From Octopus sinensis (taxonomy: Eukaryota): DNA of 64,000 bases. The notes below the pieces were generated by a model. It was not told the origin of the DNA. It made no database searches and saw nothing but the letters and a program-made list of their open reading frames with translations. Numbering within the stretch: the first letter of the stretch is position 1; every line of letters starts with the position of its first letter. Below are positions 1 through 13,325 of the stretch, piece after piece. Position numbers and translations under genes: made by a program. Where the stretch lies: NCBI RefSeq assembly GCF_006345805.1, contig NC_043000.1:1674001-1738000 (forward strand), written 5' to 3'.

Positions 1-267
1 TTTTTTTTTTTAATTGGCGAATGAGGTTTGATATTTATCGGCTTAAGAACCACTGGTCTGGAGATTTTCCTAGGAACATTTCGAGCAATGGTTGCTATTG
101 GTAACTAGAACGGCATTTTATACGTACGCAAAGTCCGTGTTGGAGTAGCCAATAGGAGAGTAGTGTAAACGCCTAAGGAACCTACTAAGTTCAACTTCCG
201 AGTAGAGTTCACATAAATTCCTCCAGCATGCAAATGTAAACTTGGACAAACTGCAGCGAGTAATTCA

Positions 268-342
<75 letters not shown>

Positions 343-469
343 GAGCTTTCATTGTTAACCGATAGGAATAATGTAGGCCGTCCATAGTTCTTGGCTCTAC
401 ACTTCACAAATAGATGAAATGTGCAGTCAACTTAAATAAAACTAAAAAGAAAAACAGTGTCCTGGGCAT

Positions 470-2210
470 TAGAAGGGTGTGATGTTCATGTTAAGGCGAT
501 GTTTTGAAAAGCAGGAGTGCTGTTACATGGGTAAGGGTAATATAGGTGCAGCGTGACAACAAAGCTGCACTTCGATTATGATGAACCGCAGTGGACGCAG
601 ATTCTAAGCAGATGTGTGCAGCTTCTCAGTAAAGCTGGAGATGGTGGATTTCGATACCTACTCGGGTCTTCCCGTTTCTTAATCAAAAGTGCAGAGTACT
701 GTGAGAAACTAACTTCATCCGATGAATTAGCCAACAAATTAGGTGAATGTAGGATGATCAAGTCGCTGGGATTATATTATCTACTCTAAATACCTGACCT
801 GTTTGTAACTGTGTTGTCAGCTGTCTATTGCAACTAGCAGTAGACATTTCAGATGGCGTGAGTAACGGAGTGGTGACGTTTGCCGAGGAAGGACCCAACC
901 AATTGAGATATAATAGATAATTTCAGATCCATAGTTCTGCCCAATACAGATTTAATGATTTTGACAAAGTTGCTTGACAAGAATTGAATGTTGTCATGCG
1001 CAGTTTTGACGAAAATGCATGAGCAGGTACAACCTCTGGAAGATCTATCCATTACAACCTCCTCGATACATCACTGACCGAGTTAGCACTAGATTTGGCT
1101 TTAATGAAAAAGGGCCCTGGTCAATTTAGGTCAGTCAAAAGCGTACAAGATCAACCATTATTTCCTGATGAGTGTCCTAATATCTGCCGGTTGTGGTCCC
1201 ATTGTTACAATGTATAGCGTGTGGCAGCGTTAGTTCAGTGGTCAAAATAAAAGCTATCAAACGAAACCGTTTTGCATTGCGCAGCCTGTCCACCAAGGAT
1301 AACTCATTTCATCTGTGAGTCTTGGTGCAGGAGCTTTGGCTGCGGAGTCTGGGGACATTGAGGATATTCTGCTTGAACTAAGATACAAGAGATCTGTGTC
1401 TACACCATCACAGTGTCGCATTCATCAAAAATTGAGGTGGTCGACACCGTTCTAGAGTACTGAGAGGAAGTGGGAACACATATTAACTACAGCAAGTCGG
1501 TGACTTGCATCTCACTACCTAAAGAATATGCCCCCACGGGATTCCTACTTATGGTGCTGGACCAAAGATCTGGTTGAAGTGTTTGAAGGCCTGGCTCGGA
1601 TCACAGCTTCAGTTGGATAAAAACTGGAAAGCGGTCGTGAGCAAGGTGGCTAGTTTCTCTCAGAAACTGGCTTTGAGGAAGCTATCCTTAAAAGGCCGGG
1701 CGAGAGTATCTAATGTCTATAATCACTTCGGTATACACTGCCACCTAACCATCGTGAATTGTCAGAGAAAACCCTGACCATATTGAAGAGTATGCTCTTT
1801 AACTTTTTATGGAAGAGGCAGATTCCGCTGGTCAGGAGGTTGACGTGCTGCCAACGCCCAACAACAAAGAGCTTTCAGAATGCCATGGACAATGATGTAA
1901 AGACACGCATTCGAGACTGAAGCATCTACAAAGATTTCTTGACAACGAAGACGATAGCAGGAATGATCACTGTTTGTGCGTTTAACTTGCTTGCAGTTCG
2001 TCTCTTCGATTACACTATTATCCTATGTGCAAACTACTGTGAAAAAACCTGGGTCAAGCGCAGATAGAGGTTGGGCCTATCACATCTGGAAGATTGTTAG
2101 GCGCTCACAGTACTTTACCTGCTGGACCATATAGTCAATGCAAAGTCAACTCTCACGTTTTATGGAGAGTAGGTAATGAATAAAGCGATGATGGGTCGGC
2201 AGCAATACAG
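470..2210 (+). pseudogene. Old, heavily decayed Tx1/L1-clade LINE ORF2 (RT region) fragment
   Basis: Translates to KDPTN*DIIDNFRSIVLPNTDLMILTKLL and WLGSQLQLDKNWKAVVSKV...RKLSLKGRA, colinear with KKDPNKGNIIDNFRPITLLNADLKILTKVL and WFGPDLQMEKNW...KLSLKGRA of the 32.6-36.5 kb element; many stops and frameshifts. Confidence 0.8.
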
Positions 2211-2271
2211 AAGGATTTTCAAGTTGAGCATTATGAACAATCACCAAAAGTAATAAATGCATCCGGGCATT

Positions 2272-2470
2272 CATTATTTCCCCCGCCTTAGCGAAGGCGG
2301 AGGTATTGTTTTCAGTCGTGTTTGTTTGTTTGTTTGTCCATGGACAAGATATCTCAAGAACCGCTGGATGGATTCGGATGAAACTTTCAGGGATGTTTGT
2401 CCTCGTGACTGGCACGAACTGATTAGATTTTGGGATCGATCCAGTACTGGACAAGGATTCTGGATTATTT
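2272..2470 (+). mobile_element. DINE-1/HINE-like (Helentron-associated) non-autonomous fragment
   Basis: ttatttcccccgccttagcgaaggcggagg hairpin, then (tttg)n, then accgctggatggattcggatgaaact; layout typical of HINE/DINE-1 5' blocks. Confidence 0.45.
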
Positions 2471-2491
2471 GTTATATTTACTTTATCTTAT

Positions 2492-2860
2492 ACTAGCAGT
2501 ATCGCCCGGCGTTGCTCGGGTTTGTAAGGGAAATAACTATATAAGCATTTTTAGAGATGTAAAGTATAATAGCCATCTCAATATGGCTAACCACAAAGGG
2601 GGGTGTTACTGTAGCTTTTTACGTTCTGAAATTTAATAATACATTTTTAGAGAGATACTTCCCTTATATTAACCGAGCGAAAATGCATTAAAAATACGGA
2701 AAAATTATGGTAAATTTTTTTTTAAATCGTAGACTCGATATGAATCACGACTATAAGATACCCGGTTTTGGTTAAACTGCACCACAAAATGTGGGGGTAG
2801 TTAGGAATCTAAATCGTAGGAGACAGACACTCACACAACTTGACTTTTATATATAAAGAT
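2492..2860 (-). mobile_element. Helentron-type non-autonomous element, family H1
   Basis: Ends actagcagtatcgcccggcgttgctcggg (terminal hairpin) and ttttatatataaagat; five similar copies in the window. Confidence 0.7.
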
Positions 2861-3047
2861 GAAGTATTAAGATCTTACGTTGACTTTCAATTCTTTCTCT
2901 GATTATTTCCCTTGAAAGCATGCTCATGGGTTCCACGTAACTTATGGCAGCGTTGCTGTTTCCAGAGTTTTATTTTCATTCCTCTATTATTAATTTTACT
3001 CGCGTCTTTATCACAGTACAAATCGATGGATAAAGAAATCAAACTAT

Positions 3048-3262
3048 ACTCTTTACTCTTTTACTCTTTTACTTGTTTCAGTCATTTGACTGCGGCCATG
3101 CTGGAGCACCGCCTTTTAGTCGAGCAAATCGACCCCGGGACTTATTCTTTGTAAGCCCAGTACTTATTCTATCAGTCTCTTTTGCTGAACCGCTAAGTAA
3201 CGGGGACGTAAACACACCAGCATCAGTTGTCAAGCAATGCTAGGGGGACAAACACAGACACA

Positions 3263-3322
<60 letters not shown>

Positions 3323-3494
3323 CATATATACGACAGGCTTCTTTCAGTTTCCGTCTACCAAATCCACTCACAAGGCATTGGTCGGCCCGGGGCTATAGCA
3401 GAAGACACTTGCCCAAGATGCCACGCAATGGGACTGAACCCGGAACCATGTGGTTGGTTAGCAAGCTACTTACCACACAGCCACTCCTGCGCCT
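3048..3494 (-). mobile_element. tRNA-derived SINE, family A
   Basis: Head ggcgcaggagtggctgtgtgg (A-box-like) ... ggttcagtccc (B-box-like), CORE-like cttgggcaagt, internal (TA)/(CA)n, (AAAGAGT)n tail; more than 10 copies in the window. Confidence 0.9.
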
Positions 3495-3579
3495 TAAATT
3501 TCATTTATCCTCGACAATTTTTAGTTTTACCGATTTTGAATATATCGCTCCAGTTTAAAACCTCTTACCTACTCGACAA

Positions 3580-3800
3580 TTGCATTTCAAGCTCTGCTTT
3601 GAAGGAAGCTTTACTTCTTGGACTCACGTTTTTGTGCTCAGCGATGTTGTTAAACCTCCGTTAACAGCACCGTATGCAGGTCCTTTCCGTTTTCTTTCAC
3701 GCACGGATAAATTTTTCACTATAGAACTTAATGGTTGTAAAGACACTATATCAGTGGATAGACTAAAAAAGGCCTTCATAGTGAAAACTGTCCTCGTTCC
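3580..3800 (+). pseudogene. Gypsy/Ty3 integrase C-terminal (GPY/F) fragment
   Basis: THVFVLSDVVKPPLTAPYAGPFRFLSRTDKFFTIELNGCKDTISVDRLKKAF matches the GPY/F module of Gypsy integrases. Confidence 0.8.
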
Positions 3801-4084
3801 CGCTGCAGACGACACACGCACAGCATCACAAACACGGCCCGCACACCCACCTTCACATTCCATGACTACCATTGAGATCGATCAGGTACCGGACAATGAT
3901 TCTGGATTATTTTTCTGCTTTCTTTTTACTTAATTTTTGAGAGCGGTCGAATTCCTTTTTAGTCTTCTCGTTTGTGAGAGCAGTCGTTTAAAAATAATCT
4001 CCAGCTAATCGTTGAGAGTACATTGGTGTTACCTTGGAGAAGGTTTGCACTCTCTGGGTGCTCTTGTTATTATTGTTATTATTA

Positions 4085-4545
4085 AGAAGGTGGCAGAATC
4101 GTTACTACGTAAGGCAAAAATGCTCAGTGGCATTTCTTCCGACTTTACGTTCTGAGTTCAAATACCTATTTCTTTACTACCTACAAGGGGCTAAACATAG
4201 AGGGGACTAACAAGGACAGACAAATGGATTAAGTCAATTATATCGACCGCAGTGCGTAACTGGTACTTAATTTATCGACCCCGAAAGGATGAAAGACAAA
4301 GTCGACCTCGGCGGAATTTGAACTCAGAACGTAACGGCAGACGAAATACCGCTAAGCATTTCGTCCGGCGTGCTAACGTTTTTGCCAGCTCGCCGCCTTA
4401 TTCTGAGTTCAAATACCGTCGGGGCTGACTTTGCCTTTAATCCTTTTGGGATCGATAAAAAAAGTACCAGTTGAACACTGGATCGATGTAATCAACTAAC
4501 CCCTTCTCCCAAAATTGTGGGGCTTATGCCAAAATTTGAAGTCAT
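4085..4545 (+). mobile_element. Older SINE-B variant (B2 tail) interrupted by a minus-strand SINE-B at 4165-4399
   Basis: ttctgagttcaaata is duplicated at 4150-4164 and 4401-4415 around a full inverted SINE-B copy. Confidence 0.8.
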
Positions 4546-4635
4546 TATTCTTTTGTTATTAATTTTAATTTTAATTTTAAATGGTATTATTGTAAGAATT
4601 AAACTAGATAACGAGGAGCGGATTACTGATCGATC

Positions 4636-5022
4636 GTGGAGGCGCAATGGCCCAGTGGTTAGGGCAGCGGACTCGCGGTCATAGGATCGCGGTTTCGATT
4701 CCCAGACCGGGCGTTGTGAGAGTTTATTGAGCGAAAAACACCTAAAAGCTCCACGAGGCTCCGGCAGGGGATGGTGGTGATCCCTGCTGTACTCTTTCAC
4801 CACAACTTTCTCTCACTCTTTCTTCCTGTTACTGTTGTACCTTGTATTTCAAAGGGCCGGCCTTGTCACTCTCTGTGTCACGCTGAATATCCCCGAGAAC
4901 TACGTTAAGGGTATACGTGTCTGTGGAGTGCTCAGCCACTTACACGTTAATTTCACGAGCAGGCTATTCCGTTGATTCGGATCAACCGGAACCCTCGTCC
5001 TCGTAACCGACGAAGTGCTTCC
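4636..5022 (+). mobile_element. tRNA-derived SINE, family C
   Basis: Head gtggaggcgcaatggcccagtggttaggg...ggtttcgattccc; 11-bp TSD actgatcgatc (4625-4635 / 5023-5033). Confidence 0.9.
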
Positions 5023-5733
5023 ACTGATCGATCATTCATATGCATCCAACTCTTGAAAATTGAAGAGTAACCTTTCCTCCACACTGACACTTGTAACTAT
5101 CTATTTATGTCATAGCGTACCTCTGTTATCTTATATTTAAATAGGAAACATTTTTTTTATCTTTGAAAAGACCTTGAAATTATTATGATAATGTGGAATA
5201 ACGCTAATATCTATTGCCATTCATTCGTAGAATTGCTAACGCTTAGGACCATTGTTACGACATGCCGCAGAGATCAATAGTCACTGCATATGTGTTTTAA
5301 AACCCGGCTATAATTACTGGTTGCTGCTGTGTTGGGTCTGACTCCACTTTTATCGTTGACTGTGTTTTGTATAGCTTCAATATTGCTTTTTAATGCTAAA
5401 TGTTGAATCCTCTTACACTCAATAATATAGCTACAAGAGGAAGAAGATCAAGCTCTACTATCTATATACTATGATTTATAACTCCATGGTGGCTAAAAGC
5501 CCAGAGGAATATTTAATACTAATACTGAGAGCTTTGATAATTAATCTACGAAATTCTTACATTCTCGAGATTTCCTGTAATTCACACCGCCTCATGGTCC
5601 CACCAGACAAAATGGAAAAGGCGTTGCCCCGGAGAATATCGAAGGCGATGCGCTGGAACAACCACTCACGGGGCTCGCACTTCCGTTATGAACTCAACAA
5701 AAAGACATGGTGAAGAAACAGTAGAACGTATTT

Positions 5734-6891
<1,158 letters not shown>

Positions 6892-6929
6892 TATATATAT
6901 ATATAACAATCCCAATAGAAATCATAGGC

Positions 6930-7930
6930 AAGGCCTATAAGAGTGGTATTCAGCCAGCATATTGGCCTGGAATCCGGACAACTAAAACAGGTATATGAAT
7001 ATCTCCTTGTTATAAAACTCTCTCACAACCATTAGAATTTTGAAAAGAACTCTTCCAGTAGGGGCCTGAAAACAGTCTTATTCCTCTTGCTCGGGGGCCC
7101 TGGTCACGGGTCATTAGAGTACACTGTAATTTTCCACACTAAGGATATTCCGGTGTTGTCTCATGTAGCACAACCGTTCACATACTGTCTTGGTATATAC
7201 ATATCAATAATAAATTGATGGAAGCTTTCAGCAAATCTTAAAATATGACTGACATCTAGTCTGATCGGAATTAGGGAGCTCTAGAAGCAATCAGCTGACA
7301 CTGTTTTTACTTTCCTTCAAGTCTTTGGTGTTCAAATTAATATCCATCATTATACCCTCCCAGAATATGAAAACACTCGGGAATATGAAAAAACATAGTC
7401 CCAGAAATGCAAGTCAATTTAGCATCTTGCTATTTGCGGGCCGAATTCTTCTTCAGAAATAAGGATAGCTATCTCCGAAAGAACAGAAGCCTTAAAGCGC
7501 TATTCATGCTGTTCTATGATGATTCTGTAAGCACAGAGGATTATTTTCCTCTATTCCCACATTTTAATAGTTGAGGTGGTAAATCACTTTTTCCCCCAGT
7601 ATAGCATGTTGTAGGAAATTCAGCTTTCCATAGTGTTTACAAATGACAGACATTTCACCTACCGCAACGATAAAATTGTTTTCATAGTTGATAAATGTCA
7701 TACTGAAAGACAGTACGTCTATTGTTTGCTACTTACTTGCTCTCACAGTTGTCTGCCTGGTCTGCTTGTACAGCAAGTCATACTCCTGTTCGAGCAGGAA
7801 TTTCTGATACTTTGTCTCTTGAATGTCTAACGAGATCTGTGGTTTTTCTAGAACTTTTCTGAGCAGGTGTTTCTGCTGTTCTCGGTTTCTTTTCCGGCTA
7901 GCAGTGTCGCAAGTCAAACTTCTCTCTCTG
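6930..7930 (-). pseudogene. Unidentified decayed protein-coding remnant
   Basis: Protein-like stretches ERSLTCDTASRKRNREQQKHLLRKVLEKPQ... and FAESFHQFIIDMYIPRQYVNGCAT*DNTGISLVWKITVYSNDP*PGPPSKRNKTVFRPLLEEFF; both internal stops in the second stretch are TGA, compatible with CGA decay. Confidence 0.45.
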
Positions 7931-8966
7931 ATAAAGATTTTATCTATCTGTCTTCTTTTTTTATCGTTTTTTCTTTCTTTTTTTATTTTTGTTTGTACAT
8001 TAGATCTCTGCATCGCTTTGCCCGTTAAAACGACTCTGCTTATTTGTCTACCCCTTGTTCTGCCTCTTTGCATTCTACCGAAGTCAACTTTGTTCCTTGA
8101 TTGCGTCTCTGTGTACATATATACATATATACATATATACATACATATACATACATACATACATAAATACATGTGTGTATGCATATGTATGCATATATAT
8201 TATTTGTCTACCCCTTGTTCTGCCTCTTTACATTCTACCGAAGTCAACTTTGTTTTTGATTCTTCCAAGATCGATAAAATACAGTATCAGTCAAGTACTG
8301 GGGTCGATAGTATCGACTAATCCATCCCCTCAAACTTGCTGGACCTGTACCATAATCAGAGGCGATGACCTATGGACATAGCGATCAGAGCGATCCTGGA
8401 TCTGTTATGATTCCTTGATTGCCCCTTACTGGACGCTCTCCTATGTCAGGAGGACTGTATGATCCATATATCATATGTTTGGTACACTATATATATTTTA
8501 TCTCATCTCCCCTTTATTTTCTCTCTTTGTAAACCCTTTGCCAAATTGTAAATTTGTAATGTCCCGTCATCTGGTGCCCCCCGAGGAAAATAAAAGAAAT
8601 CATTATTATTATTGTTGTTAGGGCAGTGTAGTGTCTAAAACGAAAACGGTAGATCGTCAGACTAAATCTTCCAGTACAGTAATATTATGTTTTTCGAACC
8701 AACACTTAACTATAGACGTCCGAGTTGAACATCATCCACATCAATTTCAGTAGTCAAGGAAATAATAGGGATGAAAAAGTCAAGGGCATTGCTCTTGAGA
8801 TCTGAATTCTAATCCAGAGGAAGTAAACTTTGCATTCCATTTCTCCGGAATCGGTAAAATAAGTGAGTCCACTGCTCCTACGAAATCCGTCGCTTTATTC
8901 TTAAAATTGATAAAACAACAATAATTTTATACTTTGATTATATATATTTCAGAGCCACAAGGATAT

Positions 8967-9378
8967 TACTCTTTACTCTTTTATTTGTTTCAGTCATTTG
9001 ACTGCGGCCATGCTGGAGCACCGCCTTCAGTCGAGCAAATTCGACCCTGGGACTTATTCTTTGTAAGCCCACTACTTATTCTATCGGTCTCTTTTGCCGA
9101 ACCACTAAGTCACGGGGACGTAAACACACCAGCATCGGTTGTCAAACAATGCTAGGGGGACAAACACAGACACACAAACATATACGCACACACTTATATA
9201 TATATACATATATACGACAGGCTTCTTTCAGTTTCCGTCTACCAAATCCACTCACAAGGCATTGGTCGGCCCGAGGCTATAGCAGAAGACACTTGCCCAA
9301 GATGCCACGCAGTGGGACTGAACCCGGAACCATGTGGTTGGTTAGCAAGCTACTTACCACACAGCCACTCCTGCGCCT
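8967..9378 (-). mobile_element. SINE-A
   Basis: Full head, body and tail as for 3048-3494. Confidence 0.9.
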
Positions 9379-9912
9379 GTATCAGAAATATTAGCAGAGT
9401 CCCAAACACCAACTCGTTGCCTAGGAAATTAATCCGAAATCACTATTTTTGACATGAAAGTAATTGTAATTACCAAAACAAGGTCTTGTCGGGAATTGAG
9501 GACGCCAGCAAGCAACTAACCATTCAGGTCCCTAGTAAATACATTGAGAATTTGTTTTTTGTCAGTTGCTTGGATAACCGTCGAAGTTGTAAATAACCCA
9601 ACCATTTTCGGATCAACAACATATTGGAATGTCATTAACGATTTTGTCCTTGGTGCCTTTTCTTTGACAGACTATTGAGTATTTATAGATGGTTATTCTG
9701 GTAACTAACTAGTGGTCGTGACACAGCTAAAGCCAATTTCTATAGGAACTTGTGTCATCCACTTCAACTACAGAGTTCAATAACTTCTACAATCCACTGT
9801 CATTGCTGACATACACATTTCGCACGGACACACATAAACTGATTCACTAGGCGTAAATATCCGTTTTCTTTTGTCGTCGCAACATTTTTGTTAACGGTTA
9901 ATAAATATTTTA

Positions 9913-10647
9913 TATTTCGTCTGCCGCTACTGTTCTGAGTTCAAATTCCGCCGAGGTCGACTTTGTCTTTCATCCTTTCGGAGTCAATAAATTAAGTACC
10001 AGTTACGTACTGGGGTCGATATAATCGACTTAATGCCTTTGTCTGTCCTTCTTTGTCCTCTCTGTGTTTAGCCCCTTGTGGGTAGTAAAGAAATAGGTAT
10101 TTCGTCTGCCGCTACGTTCTGAGTTCAAATTCCGCCGAGGTCGACTTTGTCTTTCATCCTTTCGGAGTCAATAAATTAAGTACCAGTTACGTACTGGGGT
10201 CGATATAATCGACTTAATCCCTTTGTCTGTCCTTCTTTGTCCTCTCTGTGTTTAGCCCCTTGTGGGTTGTAAAGAAATAGGTATTTCATCTGCTGCTACG
10301 TTCTGAGTTCAAATTCCGCCGAGGTCGACTTTGTCTTTCATCCTTTCGGAGTCAATAAATTAAGTACCAGTTACGTACTGGGGTCGATATAATCGACTTA
10401 ATCCCTTTGTCTGTCCTTCTTTGTCCTCTCTGTGTTTAGCCCCTTGTGGGTAGTAAAGAAATAGGTATTTCATCTGCTGCTACGTTCTGAGTTCAAATTC
10501 CGCCGAGGTCGACTTTGTCTTTCATCCTTTCGGAGTCAATAAATTAAGTACCAGTTACGTACTGGGGTCGATATAATCGACTTAATCCCTTTGTCTGTCC
10601 TTCTTTGTCCTCTCTGTGTTTAGCCCCTTGTGGGTAATAAAGAAATA
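9913..10647 (+). mobile_element. SINE-B headless tetramer (4 x ~184 bp)
   Basis: Units start at about 9913, 10098, 10282, 10466; 17-bp TSD ggttaataaatatttta (9896-9912 / 10648-10664). Confidence 0.92.
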
Positions 10648-11741
10648 GGTTAATAAATATTTTAGTATTTGGACTTCCCACAGATTTTTGTTCTTCTGTC
10701 AACCAACCAAACATTTTGTTACATATATAATTCGTTCTTCTTTTACTGATGTCCTCCATGGGACTGCAGCTACGCGGGTGCCCCGTCTTCTAGAATATAG
10801 TCGTTTACAGCGATTCCATTTGTTTTATTTTACCAACCGCCATCTTATTTTATTCGCCTCGAAAGATTAGAAGGAAAAGCGGATATGCGCGCGATTTGAA
10901 CCCTAACTGTAAAAAAGACGGAGGCAAATGTCTCGAAAAATTTTATCCCACATTCGAACAATTATGCAATCCACCGCCAGATCATCCTTCATCATATTTA
11001 ACCCATGATTGAAGCGCTCCAGTCATGACAAATACTCCCCCACATACTCCCCTACATACTCCCCCACCCTATGTACAGAGGATTCAGGACCACATTATCC
11101 AGCATAAGTGCTTTGAGAGAGATGTGGCTGCTGTCTCTAGCAAGTCGAGCAACCACTTACTTACCTCACGCACCACCACCACCATCACCACATACACACA
11201 CACACACACACACACGTACACACTCTTCGTTGGTTCGTACGTACTTGTAACATCCACAGCTTGGTTCCATTTGGCTGCTCGTAACATTCCAGAACATGTG
11301 ACGCGGCCTTACAACAAATTCAACACAACAATAATTCTATAATTTATTTATCAACAACAAGGATATGCCAAGGACACGAAGATCCAATTCTGTTTTTCAA
11401 ACTCTTTTTTCCGGTGGCCCAGCATGGCCATACCCAACAAGCGTAAACCAGTAAATAGAAGAAATAATATTTTTTAATGTTTATTGTATTTACACCATAT
11501 GTGCGTGTATGCGTCTCTGTGTACATATATACATATATACATGTATACATACATATATATACATACATACATAAATACATAAACATACATACATACATAC
11601 ATAAATACATATGTGTGTATGCATATGTATGCATATATCATATATATATATATATATATTATATATAAATATATATAACAATACATACATACATACATAC
11701 ATACATACATACATAAATACATATGTGAGTATGCATATGTA

Positions 11742-11791
<50 letters not shown>

Positions 11792-11831
11792 TATATATAT
11801 ACATACATATATACATACACACACACACACA

Positions 11832-11880
<49 letters not shown>

Positions 11881-12973
11881 TGTGTATATATATATATATA
11901 TACTATCTGACGTACCCGGTAATTCCCGGAAAAGCGGGGCTACAAAGTATGTAGCCCTTAAAACGGTTTTTGTGCATTTACACAGGATCATGTTTTTAGA
12001 AATTCCCAATAAGTTATGAATACCCAAACTGTGAAGTCGCTTATATGTAATACCATGAAATTAGCTGCCCGATAATAACAATTCAAATAAAGTAGCCCCG
12101 AAATGGGCTTTAATGCATTCCCAGGGTATATAGAACATAGGAGGAAATACTAATAAGGTATGTATACTAAAATCATGAAGCATGTTACATAATAACAGGC
12201 TAATCAGACATGAGATAAAAACAATTCAAAGTAAATAACTCTGAAAAGGGCTTTTGTTCGTTCCCAGAGAATATTACCCTCATGGGCGCTAGTGTTGGTA
12301 TATTCGTGAATAAGTCACTGACCGAAATAAGTGGATCTATTGTTTAGGAAAATACTATTTACTTGTTTAAGGGTTGTACTGGATAAATTGTGAAAATAAC
12401 TCTAACAGTTCAAATACTAAGAAATATGCAATTCAATTTCATTTTTACCAAATAATTTAGGAAAATGAATGAGGTATTCCCTTGGCTATATATAAAGATC
12501 CCTTCCAGGAGAATGGGTTATTTCCTTTGATTTTTTAAATAAAATATATTAGATATATAAAAGGATCCCTTCCAGAGGCCTCATTATTGATTTTTCAACA
12601 ATCGAAGTATGCCATGATGTTTCCGGACATGAGTTCTACTCACATGTCACGTTTTATCAAGATCGATAAAACGATGTAGGAGGAGTCGGCCCGAGATTAT
12701 AGTAGAAGACACTTGCCCAAAGACCGACGAAGTGGGACTGAACCCAGAACCATGTGGTTGGGCAACAAGTTTCTTACCACACAGCCACGCCCACGCCTAT
12801 ATATCTGTGTGTGAGTGTGTGTGTGTGTGTGCGTGTGTGAGTGTGTGCGTGTGTATGTATATATACACATGTATTTATATGTATATATATATATGTATGT
12901 ATGTATTTGTACATGTATATGTACATATGTATATATGTATACATATACATACATATATGTATATATGTGTTTG

Positions 12974-12994
<21 letters not shown>

Positions 12995-13014
<20 letters not shown>

Positions 13015-13200
13015 CGGGAAGGTTTACGAAAATAAACAAAAGACGAAGGCAGGTGGAGTACAAACAAACAAATGTATTAGTATAGCGCTCAAGAATAGAA
13101 ATAGAACAAGTCTTTTATGTTTCGAGCCTACGCTCTTCGACAGAAAGATACGCTGAACAAAAAACAAGGAGAGAACAAAATGCGTGTAGGAGCTAACGAT
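12995..13200 (-). mobile_element. Short Penelope-like terminal repeat derivative with decayed minimal hammerhead (13112-13147)
   Basis: Minus strand cttt-CTGTCGA-a-GAG cgtagg CTC-GAAA-cata-aaag; homologous to 56470-56690. Confidence 0.55.
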
Positions 13201-13255
13201 ATGTGTGTGTGTGTGTATCCCTACCTCCCGGAAGTAAAGAATTACATTTGTCTTC

Positions 13256-13325
13256 GGCCTTAGAGTCTGACGAGAGCTTCGACGAAGCTAAGGCCTTTGC
13301 GGATGCGAAACCATTGGTCACTCTA
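13256..13325 (+). ncRNA. Type I hammerhead ribozyme candidate
   Basis: Stem I tagagt/actcta, core CTGACGA, G...C, GAAA, stem III acc-att-ggt, cleavage triplet GTC (C13319); ggcct/aggcc possible pseudoknot. Confidence 0.65.

Noticed and set aside
4636-4710. tRNA genes in SINE heads
   Set aside because: They have A/B-box-like motifs but no complete acceptor stem, and they continue into SINE bodies with TSDs
9420-9850. Possible Merlin/IS1595-like remnant (SVVEVDD, minus strand)
   Set aside because: Only one short motif; the remaining catalytic motifs could not be traced
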